In this document: one piece after another, positions 1-13,600 of the stretch
How the letters are laid out: each line of letters starts with the position of its first letter
Position numbering within the stretch: position 1 is the stretch's first letter
Notes under the pieces: model-generated
Databases searched by the model: none
What the model was told of the DNA's origin: nothing
The model's input: the letters and a program-made list of their open reading frames with translations, nothing else
Position numbers and translations under genes: made by a program
Origin: Octopus vulgaris
Taxonomy: Eukaryota
Direction of reading: 5' to 3'
Assembly: GCA_951406725.2 (NCBI GenBank)
Contig: OX597836.1
Location: 14,198,001-14,262,000 of the forward strand
DNA: 64,000 nt

Positions 1-146
1 TGGGGAGCTAGGGACTGCCCCAGGCTCCAGTCTAGTCTGGCAGTGTTTCTACAGCTGGATGCCCTTCCTAACGCCAACCACTCCGCGAGTGTAGTGGGTG
101 TTTTTTACGTGCCACCTGCACAGGTGCCAGGGGGGTCTGGCATCGG

Positions 147-194
<48 letters not shown>

Positions 195-196
<2 letters not shown>

Positions 197-420
197 GGAG
201 TAAACACATAAATGTGAAACAAGGTGGAAAAAAGAGTACTCAAATACCAGTGGTAGAATAATATGCTTTATTTAAAGCAGCAGAAAATTCAACAAAACTG
301 AGTTTCCCATTATCGTTCATCGGACAGTTTTTGCTAGCAAAACTGTCTAGTAAAAACTGTCCGATGAACGGCAACGGGAAACTCAGAGTAACTCAGAATT
401 TTCTGCTGCTTTAAATAAAG
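195..420. mobile_element. Penelope-like inverted-repeat fragment, family 2, in (TA)n
   Basis: Inverted arms 266-332 / 352-420, extended left arm, CCGATGA...GAAAC core; homologous copy at 32856-33077. Confidence 0.55.
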
Positions 421-634
421 TATATATATATGCATGCATGCATGCATGCATGCATGCATGTATGTATGTATGTATGTATGTATGTATGTATGTATGTACG
501 TATGCATGTATGTATGTATGTATGCATGCATGTATGTGTGTGTGTATGTATGTATGTATGTATGCATGTATGCATGCATGTATGTGTGTGTGTATGTATG
601 TATGTATGCATATATGCATGCATGCATGCATGTA

Positions 635-665
<31 letters not shown>

Positions 666-1251
666 ATGTGTGTGTCTTTGTGTCTATGTTTGTTCCCCCA
701 TCATCGCTTGACAACCGATGTTGGTGTGTTTACGTCTCCGTAAGCATAGAATAAGTACCAGGCTTACAAAGACTAAGTCGATTTCTCCGACTAAAAAAAC
801 CCGTTAAAGCGTAGTTCCAGCATGGCCGCATTCAAAATGACTGAAACGAGTAAAGGAACAGAGAAAGAATGTGTGTGTGTGCGCGCGCGCGTGGTATACT
901 TTGGTACTTGTGAGTTCAAACGCTCAAAATAGTAGTCAAATCCATGGGATAAGAATTGTGAAGTTGTCTCTGAACTTGATATACTCATGGGAGACAACTC
1001 CTTCATTAACTTTTACATCTCTGAGACGGCTGTACCACATCTCGATTGGTGAGATGGGGGTACGGTCTTTACGATTGATAAAATAAGTTATAATCGATTC
1101 AATGGATTGCAACACACTCTTCCCATTTCAATTGATAATCGACCTAGGCAAGATGTGAAAAATCTAAGCTTCGTTTCTGATTGGTTATTATGTAATCCGT
1201 ATTAAATACATCCCATGTGAATAGGACGTCTACCTTACTGGACATAGATAT

Positions 1252-1664
1252 TCTCTATAATATAAATTTGACATGGGCGATCGTTGTATTCTTTCTTGTC
1301 TCGAGGTTCACAGCCAAACAGCTGGGTGGATTTGCATGAAAAATGGCACACATGTGGAGTCAGGTGCACAGATTGGAATGCAGTTTGTAGTTTTTTCCTA
1401 ACCCCCATACTTACCGAGGAAATCGATTAAAACTTTTTCTAATGGAATTCCCCTCTTTCTTCTGCCATTAAAACAACCAGTTGCTTAAAAGTTGTTTTCT
1501 GACGGAGAGGGAGTCAAGAAATTTTCATATAGCTGGAGGCTCCAATCAAAACAGGGGACCCGAAGTGATAAGGTTGAGAAACACTATTATAGATTATGCC
1601 TAACCGAAAACGATCATAGCCACACAATCCAAACAGACCGGGTGAAACCGGGCTTAGCTGCTAG
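1252..1664 (+). mobile_element. Non-autonomous Helitron-like element
   Basis: 5' TC...TATAA start, subterminal GC hairpin CCGGGTGAAACCGG, 3' CTAG followed by T. Confidence 0.6.
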
Positions 1665-1736
1665 TATACTATAAAAGCAAGTGTTTTTAGCAATATACGT
1701 TTATACGAGATGCTTTCTTGAGACGAATACCTGAAC

Positions 1737-1769
<33 letters not shown>

Positions 1770-2000
1770 ATACGCGCGCACACTCGCGCGATTATTATTA
1801 AAATTATACGAAGGTTTTGCAGATCCTACGCAATAGGCGTAGGAGTGGCTGTGTGGTAAGTAACTTGCTTACCAATCACATGGTTCCGGGTTCAGTCCTA
1901 CTGCGTGGCACCTTGGGCAAGTGTCTTCTACAATAGTCTCGGGCCGACCAAAGCCTTGTGAATGGATCTGGTAGACGGAAACCGAAAGAAGCCCGTCGTA

Positions 2001-2039
<39 letters not shown>

Positions 2040-2048
2040 TATATAGAA

Positions 2049-2100
2049 GGAGCTTCTACAGGACTAGTACTGTTTCATTCAAGAGAAATCTTCAGGAAGC
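2049..2100 (-). ncRNA. Second, inverted copy of the same hammerhead fold
   Basis: Exact reverse complement of 2107-2158 (stem I 5 bp). Confidence 0.65.
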
Positions 2101-2103
2101 CCA

Positions 2104-2158
2104 GGAGCTTCCTGAAGATTTCTCTTGAATGAAACAGTACTAGTCCTGTAGAAGCTCC
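2104..2158 (+). ncRNA. Type I hammerhead ribozyme fold
   Basis: GGAGCTTC-CTGAAGA-TTTCTCTTGAAT-GAAA-CAG(TACTAGTC)CTG-TA/GAAGCTCC: 8-bp stem I, full catalytic core, stem III, GUA cleavage triplet; stem II weak. Confidence 0.75.
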
Positions 2159-2489
2159 TTCTATATAATAAATTAATTTTACTCTGCTATGTATTGAGTA
2201 CCTTACTTACTGTGGTTAACCCCGAATCAACCCGGGACCTACATATATATATATATATATATATATATACGTGTGTATGTATATAATTGTGTGTCTGTGT
2301 TTTTTCCTTCCAGCATCGCTTGACAACCGATGCTGATGTGTTTACGTCCCTGTAACTTAGCGGTTCGACAAAAGAGACCAATAGAATAAGTACTAGGCTT
2401 ACAACGAATAAGTCCTGGGGTCGATTTGCTCGATTAAAAGTCGGTGCTCCAACATGGCCACAGTCAAACGACTGAAAAAAAAAAAAGAT

Positions 2490-2880
2490 CCGTTTCAGCC
2501 GATTTACAAGGTGCTTTCCAGAAGTTTTGAGACTTTTTAAGGATTCCTTCAAAATAGGATCCTCTCACTTCAATAGAACTCTTTCAACGTTCCAACCACT
2601 TTGCGAGGACCCTTATGGGAATCTTCCAAAGTTAATGTGTGTCCAGGACCATTGTCACAGCCTCCTTCATCTTCAAATCGACTGCTCCTGAGGATCTCCT
2701 TCAGCTTGCGGAACACCCAAACGTCCCAAGGGGGCAATGTGTCGACTGCAGGGGAGGGTGAGGGACAGTTTTGATACCCGTCTAGTCGGTTACCAAAATT
2801 CTCATCACTGAGCATCTGAGGAACAAACTCTGCACAAATTTTGCACATGTTCTGGCCACACCAATTCCAAACTGTCGGCT
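2490..2880 (-). pseudogene. Mariner transposase fragment
   Basis: KICAEFVPQML and PWDVWVFRKLKEILR..RF similarity to WVP and PxDFWLFPKLK motifs. Confidence 0.55.
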
Positions 2881-3083
2881 CATTGTCTTTAAAGACATAC
2901 GGCAGTCTTCATCCAGAAAATTGCGAACTTTCACGACCAGCTCTGATGTTCTGACGTCCCTCTCTTCCTACACCTCTCATCGTTTCTCACCCATTCTCTA
3001 CTCTCCTTCAACCTCTTCCACTAATGTATATATATATATATATGATATATAAAAGTATTTTTCTGATATCGTATTATTTTATC

Positions 3084-3127
<44 letters not shown>

Positions 3128-3154
3128 ACGTACATATACTTTATTTAAAAGTTT

Positions 3155-3224
<70 letters not shown>

Positions 3225-3240
3225 CACATACATACATACA

Positions 3241-3276
<36 letters not shown>

Positions 3277-3569
3277 TACATATATATATATATATACTGG
3301 GATCGATGTAACCAGTTTGCCTCCTCTTATTAGAAATGCTGGTTTTGTGACAAAATCATAATTATTTGGGCCCAGGTCAGCTCTAAGCCAACAGACTGAC
3401 AATCAAATAGTGTCCAAGGCAAGAACATTCCGTATTTTTTCAGCAATGTTTTTTTTCATATCTTAGAACTACGCGATCCAATGTGTCTTTTTGCTTTAAG
3501 ACTGTAATAAGGTATGATTAGAGGGGGATTTGGCCACCATTTCTAGTAGGGCGAGCGATCATGCAGTGA

Positions 3570-4261
3570 ATCTGTCTGCATTTTTCTTTGTCTGTCCGTC
3601 TCTCTATCTCTCTCTCTCTCTCCTTTTCTGTGTTTCTCTTTGAGTCTGTCTGTCTCTCATTTCTCTTTATCTCTGTTCCTTTCTTGTTCTCTGTATCTTT
3701 CTTTCTCTCTTTGTCTCTGCATGTCTGTATTTCTCTCTCTCTCTCTCTCTCTGTCTTCCTATATCTCTCCCACTCTCATTCACATTCTTTATGTCTGTGT
3801 CTGTTTCTCTTTGTCGCTTTCTTCCCTTTCTCTCCCTTTCTTTTCTCTCTCACTACTGCCTCCTTTTTCTCCACTCTCTTTATTTCACTTTTCTTACTCT
3901 TTCTCCCTGTTTCTCCCATTCCTCCTACCGCTTCCCTCTCTCTTTCTCTTTCGGCCTCTTTCTTTTTTTTCCTCATTACCCAGTCTATCTTCTCTCTCTC
4001 TGTGTCTTTGTCTCTCTCTATGTCTTTGTCTCTCTCTGTCTCTGTCTCTCTCTCTCTGTGTCTTTGTCTCTCTCTCTCTGTCTCTCTCTCTCTGTGTCTT
4101 TGTCTCTCTCTATGTCTTTGTCTCTCTCTATGTCTTTGTCTCTCTCTCTGTCCTTGTCTCTCTCTCTCTGTCTTTGTCTCTCTCTGTGTCTTTCTCTCTC
4201 TCTGTGTCTTTGTCTCTCTCTGTGTCTTTGTCTCTCTCTCTCTCCCTCCTCCCTCTCTCTC
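3570..4261. repeat. ~690-bp polypyrimidine (CT/CTGT) tract upstream of PRKCSH
   Basis: Direct reading. Confidence 0.9.
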
Positions 4262-4343
4262 AATCAATCAATCATTCAATCTGCAAACCACAGCTTATTG
4301 TCACAGTGAGTTATCTCCCCGCTATTTCTCAGCCTCGACGGAA

Positions 4344-4400
4344 TGCGCATGCGTATGCTGTCATTATTAGTGCATTAAACACTTAAGTAAGACGTGTCAT
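4344..4400 (+). promoter_or_regulatory. Candidate proximal promoter: NRF1/EWG-like TGCGCATGCG (4344-4353) and XBP1/CREB3-like GACGTGTCAT (4391-4400)
   Basis: Motif matches in a CpG-retaining unique stretch within 90 nt upstream of the ATG; TSS unknown. Confidence 0.4.
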
Positions 4401-4432
4401 AACCCTTTAGACAGGTGACCGGGTTTCAAAAG

Positions 4433-4520
4433 ATGTTTCTCCTAAAATTATGTCTAATTATCAATTCTTTTTTCATGACAGAGGCCAGCGTACCTCGTCC
4501 TCGGGGTGTATCGATAACCA
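4433..4520 (+). CDS. PRKCSH: PRKCSH coding exon 1 (signal peptide, [29 protein letters not shown])
   Basis: ATG at 4433, hydrophobic leader, conserved RPRGVS, donor GTAAGT at 4521. Confidence 0.9.
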
Positions 4521-7500
4521 GTAAGTATATTTCTTTATTTTGGCAAAACATAGCCATATATTTTAACCACCTTATTATTCCACTTGGCTTAAAACCCGGG
4601 ACCAGAACCAACGGGCACCTTCCCTTTTTTCTGATCATGTTTTGCCTTCATAAACTTTTCTTTGTATTGTTTTTCTTTCTTTCTTTCTTTCAGCCTGTTA
4701 TTTTTCTTTATCATTTACATAAATATTTACCTATCATTATATATATATATATATATATATATAGATGAAATTTTCGTTTGAGTTTGTTTTACAGGTGTGT
4801 TCTAACTTAAACCGGAAAATTTGGTCTTAACTTAATTGTTAAAGATTATACAACACAGAGATAATAAATTAGACTTTATATATATATATGCATATATATA
4901 TATATAAATGTATATATAAATGTATATTTCTTTGCAATTAAACTTGCATCGAAGTTAAATGCTAAATTCCTAATTTGTATATCTATATGATATAACGTAT
5001 ACGAAATATTACATATAATATCTTATAGTTATTTATAATAGTATGAATGGGCAAACAGTTGTTTTTCGACCTATCTCGCAACGAATTATTAAATTCCACG
5101 TCTTTCTCTAGTATCTTCCCACAGTTTCGCAAATCCTACGTCCCTGTATTTCATGTTCAAAAATTATACCGGATTAATTTTTGCTATTAATCCCTAGACG
5201 GGTTAATTTGGAAGTTAAAACTAGAAATATATTGTTCGTTCTTCCCACCAGACTAGATTTAAAGTGACTACCACAGCCATATTGGCGGTTTGTATCAATA
5301 TAATAAATAACCCGTAAACAAGTTATTTTAACGCACTCGCCGTCGTCCTAATCGTTTTAACGTCCACTTTTGCAAACTTGTACGGGTCAGACGGAATTTG
5401 TTGGGACAAATTTTCATCAGCCGGATGTACTTCTTGTCGCCAACCCTCACCTGTTTCCAGGCAAGATGGTACTACTTAAATACAGAGGTCCCGACGCATC
5501 TAGGTGACCCCCAAACTAGCCCTAACGAGTGTGCACTGTAAAAACATCTTTGCGTCGATGCATCGGGACCTCTGTATTTAAGTAGTGCCAGTAAGGTAAT
5601 ATTCCTTAGTTACAGGACCTGTTTTTCACAGCAATTGGAAACAAAGGACACTGCTTGTATGATGGTGACACTTGTTTACGACATGTATGTATACGACAGG
5701 CTTCTTTCAGTTTCCGTCTAGCAGCTGTACTCAGAAGGGTTTAGTCCTCCTGGGATTATAGTAGATGCTTATCCAAGGTTATCATTTAGTGTCCGTTTTC
5801 CATGCTGGCATGGGTTAGACGGTTTCACTTGAACTGGTAAGCTAGAGAGCTGCACCAGGCTCCTGTCTGTTTTGGCTTTGTTCCTACAGCCGGACGCCCT
5901 TCCAAATGCCATCCATTCTACAGAGTGTACTGGATACCTTTTACCTGTTACTAGCGCTGGTCAGGACTATGATTTCACTAAGCTTGACGTGTCATCTCAA
6001 GCACAGCAAATTGCCAACAGTCTTGGAGGCACTACCAGGAACTTGCACTCTGCTAGCACAGTTCTCAGTCATTGGGTCACATAGATCATCACACGAGAAA
6101 GGTTGGACACAACACACAGGCACGCATAAACACCTACCATGTTGAGGTTAATTACAGGGACGGTAGGAATGGTGTGTGATAATCTAGGCAAACATATATA
6201 AGAAAATTCATTCAATCAACAGTAATCTTTGCCTTAACCCCCACCTCCAATGGTGTGGGCCTTGTGCCAGTATCAAAAATCATTCTTTTACTTTGTGTAT
6301 ATTCATCTCCCCCCCTCTCTATCTATATATAAATAAAATGTTTTTTGTTTATTTTTTTTAGTGGCTTCCTTCTATACAGGACAAGCTGAAAATTTCAGTT
6401 GCCTTGACAACTCATTGGTCGTTCCATTCAATTATGTTAATGATGATTATTGTGATTGCCCAGATGGCTCTGATGAACCAGGTGAGTAACTACTTGAAAG
6501 TTTTTTTTTTTTTTTGTTTTAACACCTGATAATAAATTCTATAAACTTGAAATAGAAATTTACAAAATATGTGAGTTAGCATTTGATAAGAAGTAAGTTG
6601 ATTAACTTAGAGGTAAACTAGACTTTAAGGAATATGATCTTATCTGTTATGAGTCATCTGAAAGGTAAGTTTATCATCATCATTGTTCGACTGTGGTCGA
6701 AACAATGGAATTTACCATGTTACGCCAGACTTCACAGTCCATCATACCATAACGGAGGTCCTGTTGCTGGATGCCTGTATCCCTGGAGATTACATCAGGG
6801 TAGGAGAGTGTGCACCCTCTGGTATTGCGAGCAGATGGCTTCCAGAGGAGAAGAGTAGAAATTACCTTGCTTTCAACTTTACAACAATGTCCAGCAAACT
6901 GGACTCTCCTACCTTTCACAAGAGTTGATACAGCTGGTAGTTTCCCATATATTTGTACTTTGGTTGGATGACGCTCCTACGAGAGATTTTGAGCTCTAAT
7001 AAGGAGGCGAGTGTAAGTTCCATCCAACCGCCTCTCAAGTTTCTTTGATAACGTCCAGGTTTCTGAGCCATATAGTAGAATTGGTTCGACTGTGGCTTTG
7101 AAGATTTTAAGTTTGAAAATTGGTTCGTTTAACTATCCTGGATAGTGTAACTGATAACCTTATCTTTACTTACTGGCACTAACTAATATAATAAATGCTG
7201 CTTGTAACATTTCAAAAAAGCTGTTCATCAAATTATTATATTTAATTTCTTTTACCAGGTACTGCTGCATGTATAAATGGTAAATTTCATTGCACCAATG
7301 CAGGCTATATTCCAAATTACATTCCATCTTCAAGAGTTAATGATGGTTTCTGTGGTAGGTTTTTCTTTTTCTGTTTTCATATTTACAAAGCCAAACCATT
7401 CTATAAATATTGACAAAAAATATTTCCCAGAGTGTTTTTTTTCTTCTCTTTCTTTATCTCCTCCTCCCTTGTGAGAAGGATGACACAAATGACCTGATCC

Positions 7501-10500
7501 ATATCAGGTCCCTGATCCAAATCAGTAATGGTGATTTCTCCTGAAGACTTCCAAGGGAGGTGATGCTGTTAAACTAGCCGACAGATAAAATCTACAGTAC
7601 CAAAAGATTTACTGTCCACCAGCTTCACTTATAGCCTTGGGGGCAACATGAGGCTATCCCAAGAGATATATATTTAAGGGTCCTTGAGGGATTGAGCCAC
7701 AAAACATGGTTGAGAAGCAATCTTAACTACGTAACAATACTTTTCCCCTCTACATTCTAAGTTTTGATTCTGTTTCCACTTGGGGTCAGTGAAATAAGAC
7801 ATGATCTAGTGTTAAAGGGTCAATACAAATTAAGACTAGAAACGTTAGCACGCTGGATGAAATGCTTAACGGTATTTCGCCTGTCTTGACGTTCTGAGTT
7901 CAAATTCTGCTGTGGTCAACTTTGCCTTTCATCCTTTCGGGGTCGATAAATGAAGTACCAGTTTCGTACTGGGGTTGATTTAATCGACTGGTCCCCTCCC
8001 CCAAAATTTCGGGCCTTGTGCCTAGAATAGAAGAAAAAAAAACCTTTACAAGTGTTGGCTCTTGTCTCAGTATAAGAAAGCCTTGTTGTTGATCCCTGAT
8101 TTAGATTTGATCCAGCAAACCAATGATGACCAAAAACCTTTAACTCGTGACCAAAGATTCCCTAATCGGAACTACATTATCTAATGCTTCCATATTTTTA
8201 AGACAGTGGGTGTGTAAATAGAGGGATATTTGGCTTCAATTCTACCAGGTTGAGTGGTCAATGTGTCAGCTACCTGATTCACTAGAAATTTAGTTGGGAT
8301 GAGATAGCAGAGTGGTGGGGTTAGTGCTGGTCACTTCCTATTTTACAATTTGGGTAACGTACCGGTGTTAAGTGGGATGAGTACCTTGGACACTTAGGAT
8401 CATTTTCCTTCTTTAGATGGATTTTGTTAATGTTATTGTTATCTAAAGATGTTTATCTTTTTAATCAGATTGCTGTGATGGAACTGATGAATTCTCAGAA
8501 ATCATCTCTTGTCCTAATAAATGCATGTAAGTTATATTGTTGTTTCATTGTCTTTCAATTTGCTTCTTTGTCAGTCTTAATTGTTTTTCTCATTTCTCTT
8601 TCTGCTTTTTGTTATAGCATCACATAAAAAGCACCCAGCCCACACCACTGTAAAGTGGCTGGTGTTAGTGGTCTGCGGCTCGATGCCCTTCCTAAGTTCA
8701 GCTCTTCTGCTTGCCAGCTCTGGTCAAACCATACAACCCATACCAGCATGGAGAATGGACATTAAATGACGATGACATACACACACACACATCTCGTTTT
8801 AATGTTTGCTTTTCCATGCTGGCATGTGTTGGATGGAACATGAGGCAGATTTTCTTTGACTGGATGTCCATCTTATCGCCAACACTCCCCTGTTTCCAAG
8901 TAAGGTGATTCCCCCCACCCCCCCACCCCATGGTCCAGGCATGTTTTTGTAGAATCTTGGAAATGAATGATATTCTTTTCCAACAATCACAAGATGTCAA
9001 AACAAGACCAGCCTAAACATACCCACACACACATTATTGATACCATACACTGTATTTTATGTGTTCCTGAGCAGTGGAATACTACCAGGGGAAATGTCTC
9101 TTTAAGACGAGTGTTGAAAAACACTGAATACTCAAACTGTGAATGTTCGAGAACAGTCGATATCGATATATATACACACTTACAGAACATCAAACTACTA
9201 CACTGTTTGTTTTTTGTACAATTTTGAACTATATATATATATATCACTGTGACTGACAAGACTATCAGATGTTGCTATACATCGCTGGTCACAATGCGCT
9301 TTGCATTGTTTTAGCCTTCAAATGACGCCACTCTGCTTGGCTAAGCGAGCAGGCCAACAGAGGAAAGAGTGAGAGAAAGTTATGGTGAAAGAGTACAGCA
9401 GTGATTGCCACCAACCACTGCTGGAGCCTCGTGGAGCTTTAGGTGTTTTCGCTCAATAAACACTCAACGCCAGGTCTGGGAATCGAAACTGCGATCCTAC
9501 AACTGCGAGTCCTCTGCCCTAACCACTGGGCCATTGCGCCTTCACACACATACACACACTAAGCTTCGTTCAGTTTCTGCCTACCAAATCTACTTGCAAG
9601 GCTGTGGCTTACCTGGATCTACAGTAGAAGTCACTTGCAGTGGGACTGAACTCCAAGCCATATGGTTAGGAAGGTAACTTCTTCTTCACACAACCATGGC
9701 CTATGTGATTTAATGTGTAAGAAAACAGTATGGGTAAGGAAGGTTTTTCAGGAAATTGCCAAATCTAGAAAGGAAGGCTTGGCAAATGTGATCAATAACT
9801 TGATAACAAGACAAAAGGAATGAGTAGAGGAGATCTGTGTGTCTCTGGTGATGGTGGTCCCTAATATTACTGAGATTTGGCTGCTATTACTAGCATTTCA
9901 AATGACCATGTAGAGGCTTTTTTGTTGATTTATGTACTTGGTAGTCACAAAGAAAAATCTTTGTCCAAGACTGAGACTTACTGTGCATTTTATTTTAATA
10001 ATTGCAGAGAATTGGGTAAGAAGGCAATGGAAGAACGTATGAAAGTGCATAAGATGCAGATGGAAGGTTTTGCTAAAAAGCAAGAATTCATCAATGAGGG
10101 TAAAAAAGCAAAAGAAGAAAAGAAGGTAAGTAGCTTTTTTTAATCTTTTGTTTCAGTCATTAGGCTGTGGCCATGCTGGGGCACCGCCTTGATGGGTTCA
10201 CTTGATTAAACCATCCCCAATACTTATTTTAACCGTGGCAAAAGAGGCGGTTAAAATAAGTATTGGGGATGGTTTGATCAAGGAAACCCTTCAAAGCGGT
10301 GCCCCAGCATGGCCAAACTGCTTTGGGGGATGTAAACATACCAACACCTGGTGACAAGCAGTGGTGGTGGTGGGCAAACATATACATAAATTATATAAAC
10401 CCAAAGCTCTTCAACTTTTAACTAAAGTGCCAACACATGTTAGTTACAAGCTGAAGAGCTATGTATGTATGTATGTATATATATATATGTACATATATAT

Positions 10501-10599
10501 ATACACACACACACAGCTTTTCAACCTGTGACTAAAGTGTCACTGCATGAAACTCTTGGCCCTTGAGTCACTCTGTTGCAGCTGCTAAATATTAATAAA

Positions 10600-10639
<40 letters not shown>

Positions 10640-13600
10640 CTCAAAAGTAAACCTGCCATTATTTTTGAAAGATTTATTTCTAGAAACCATATGTTGACAT
10701 GTGTATATATAAAGGCGCACTCTGTCAGTTATGATGAGTGTCCCAGCTGATACGATCAACGGAACAGCTTGCTCGTGAAATTAACATGCAAGTGGCTGAG
10801 CACTCCACAGACACGTGTACCCTTAACGTAGTTCTTGGGGGATATTCAGCGTGACACAGAGTGTGACAAGGCTGGCCCCTTTGAAATACAGGTACAACTC
10901 ATTTTTTTACCAGCTGAGTGAACTGCAGCAACATGATATAAAGTGATTAGAATTTCATTTTGAATTAGTAATATTTTTGTCTTTTTTTTTTAAATCTCTT
11001 TTTTATATAGAGCAAACTGATAGAGTTGGAGGCACTGAAAATTGCAGCCGAACAGCACAAGACAGAAATGGAAGGTAATATGTTTAATATTTATTAAATC
11101 ATACCTATTACCTTCTTTTTTTTTTTTTTTTTTTTTTTTTGTGTAGAAGTACTCTGAAGTCGACCTCGGCAGAATTTGAACTCTGAACATAAAGCTTGAT
11201 GAAAGGCTATTAAGCATATTATCAGCATGCTAACAATTCTGCCAGTCTGCCACCTTTTGTAACATAAATATGAAATTCTGATGGAAGGGTTTATTTTAGA
11301 TAATTTTAAAGCACAAAGTATCATAGAACAGGGGTTGCCTCAGGCAGGTTGGTATCAAAAGGGTTAAATATTGGCTGTGGCATATACATTTAACCATTAT
11401 TTAAATAATGATTTATCCATTATTCTAGCATAAATCGAAACATTATTTGCAAAGATAGTTGCAAATGTTGTGTAATGCTTCCTAGCATTCTTTTGCTTTA
11501 TTGTTTACCTGTAATTAAATATGGCAGTGCAAACAAAAAAAATATGTGAACAAATTGTATCATTGATGATGGCTGATATAATAAAAAAAAAAAAGGCTTT
11601 TTTTATACTCTTTTACTTGTTTCAGTCATTTGACTGTAGCCATGCTGGAGCACTGCCTTTAGTCGAGCAAATTGACCCCCGGACATATTCTTTGTAAGCC
11701 TAGTACTTATTCTATTGGTCACGTTTGCTGAACCGCTGAGTTAGGGGGACGTAAACACACCAGCATCGGTTGTCAAGCGATGTTGGTGGGGGACAAACAG
11801 ACACACACACACACACATATATATATTATATATACACATATATACAATGGGCTTCTTTCAGTTTCCATCTACCAAATCCACTCACAAGGCTTTGGTCGAC
11901 CTGAGGCTATAGTTGAATACACTGGTCCAAGGTGCCACACAGTGGGACTGAACTCAGAACCATGTGGTTCGTAAGCAAGCTACTTCCCACACAGCCATTC
12001 CTACGCCTATGCTGTTAATGAAATTAAAGGACGACCATTTTGAATTGTAAATATGTGAAAATATATTGGATTGAAATTTTGGCTCAAGGTCAGCAATTTC
12101 TGGAGAAGGGATGAGTCAATTACGTTGACCCTAGGACTCAACATGCACTTATTTTATCAACCCAGAAAGGGGGAAAGGCAAAGTCAACCTCAGTGGAATT
12201 TGAACTCAGAATGTAAAGATGGACGAAATATATGTAAAATATTGTCAACGATTATGACAATCAACCTGTAAACTTTCATTAATCTAAAGCTTTTTATTTT
12301 ATGATTAAATTGATAACGAGCATATATATATATGTACATACACACATACACACACACACACATATGCTACATTTGGTGTGTCTATTTTTTTGTTTCTTCC
12401 CTGCTTTGGTTTTAGTGCTTACATTATTAAGGTAATATTAATCTATTGAAAATATGGGAATCATAGTATTGCAATCTGCATGGCAGCCTCACTTGTGCTG
12501 GTGACACAAAAAACTTCACTAGTGCCAGCCACTTCATGGTGCATGTTGTAAAGTGCTTGGTGCTAGGAAGGGCATTCAAACATAGAAACCATACCAAAGT
12601 GGACAGTGGAACACAATAGTCTCTGGGCCCATTGCTTCCTGTCAAACCATTGAACCCATGCCAGTATGAAACAAGGATGTTAAATGATGATATAGAAATC
12701 TATGAAATAAAATACTTGGGGTGATATGGTCAACAAAACACTTCAAAAGAAGTGTCCATAGCTGCAAATTGTTGGATACTGTCAAGCCATCCAACCTCTG
12801 CTAGTATGGAAGATGGACCTAAAATGATAATGATGTTGTATAGTGGAGACAGTGTTGAGAGGACCCTTTAGTTTTGCTGAGTACTTGGTAATGTCCTTAG
12901 CACTGGTGATTTAATAATGTAAAGTGGTTGGTCCTTCTTAGCGCCAGCCACTTTACAGCATGTACTAGACGCTTTTCTCATCCCACTGGCACTACAAAAG
13001 ATGCCATATAGCTTGTAAGACTTAGAAGACCCAAAAGCAGTGGATTGATTGATTGATTCTAGTTTCAGCTCACGAGCTGTGGCCATGCTGGGGCACCGCC
13101 ATTTGGCTTTATGCTAGGAAACGAGGGGTTCTAAATGATAATCACTTCAGGTTTTTGTTTCATTTTATAATTTATATTTTTTGTTTTGTTTTATTTTATT
13201 TTATGTCTTCAGCTGAAAAGAATTCAGCAGAAGGTCCCGAAAAATTGGCTAAAGACACACATGAAAACGCCTGGGAGGGTAAGTTTTTTTTTCTTTTTTT
13301 TTTTTTATCCCCCTATTTGTTTTAGTGGCACTCCAATTATAACGATAATGAGGAGTGTATCAGTTGATCTGTCAACTGAACAGCCTGCTTCTGAAATTAA
13401 CATGCAAGTGGCTGAGTGCTCCACAGACATGCACACCATTAATTGTAGTTCTTGGGGAGATTCAGCATGACACTGAATGTAACAAGGTTTGCCCCCTTTG
13501 AAATACAGGCACTTCCCATTTTTACGTGCTGAGTATACTGGAGTAGTATGAAATAGTGTCTTGCTCAAGGACACAACCTACTGCTGGGAATTGAACTCAC

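Larger units (their letters stand above)
2034..2241. mobile_element. Penelope-like inverted terminal-repeat fragment inserted in (TA)n
   Basis: Perfect 67-bp inverted repeat (2034-2100 / 2107-2173), one arm extended, hammerhead core, TA repeats both sides. Confidence 0.6.
1836..2478 (+). mobile_element. tRNA-derived SINE family A (internal microsatellite), interrupted by hammerhead element
   Basis: A box TGGCTGTGTGG, B box GGTTCAGTCC, tail CCAGCATGGCC.CAGTCAAATGACTGAAAC shared by many copies in window. Confidence 0.85.

Noticed and set aside
334-754. Long ORFs of YI/CV/HT/MY dipeptides here and at 3024, 33026, 51096, 59445, 62059 etc.
   Set aside because: Translations of microsatellites lacking stop codons
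4415-4768. ORF track start at 4415 and read-through to 4768
   Set aside because: 4415 is GTG (bacterial-style start); true start is ATG 4433 and the frame leaves at the 4521 donor
5215-5295. Antisense start GCCAATATGGCT in intron 1
   Set aside because: Only ~19 codons before a stop; no donor site or homology
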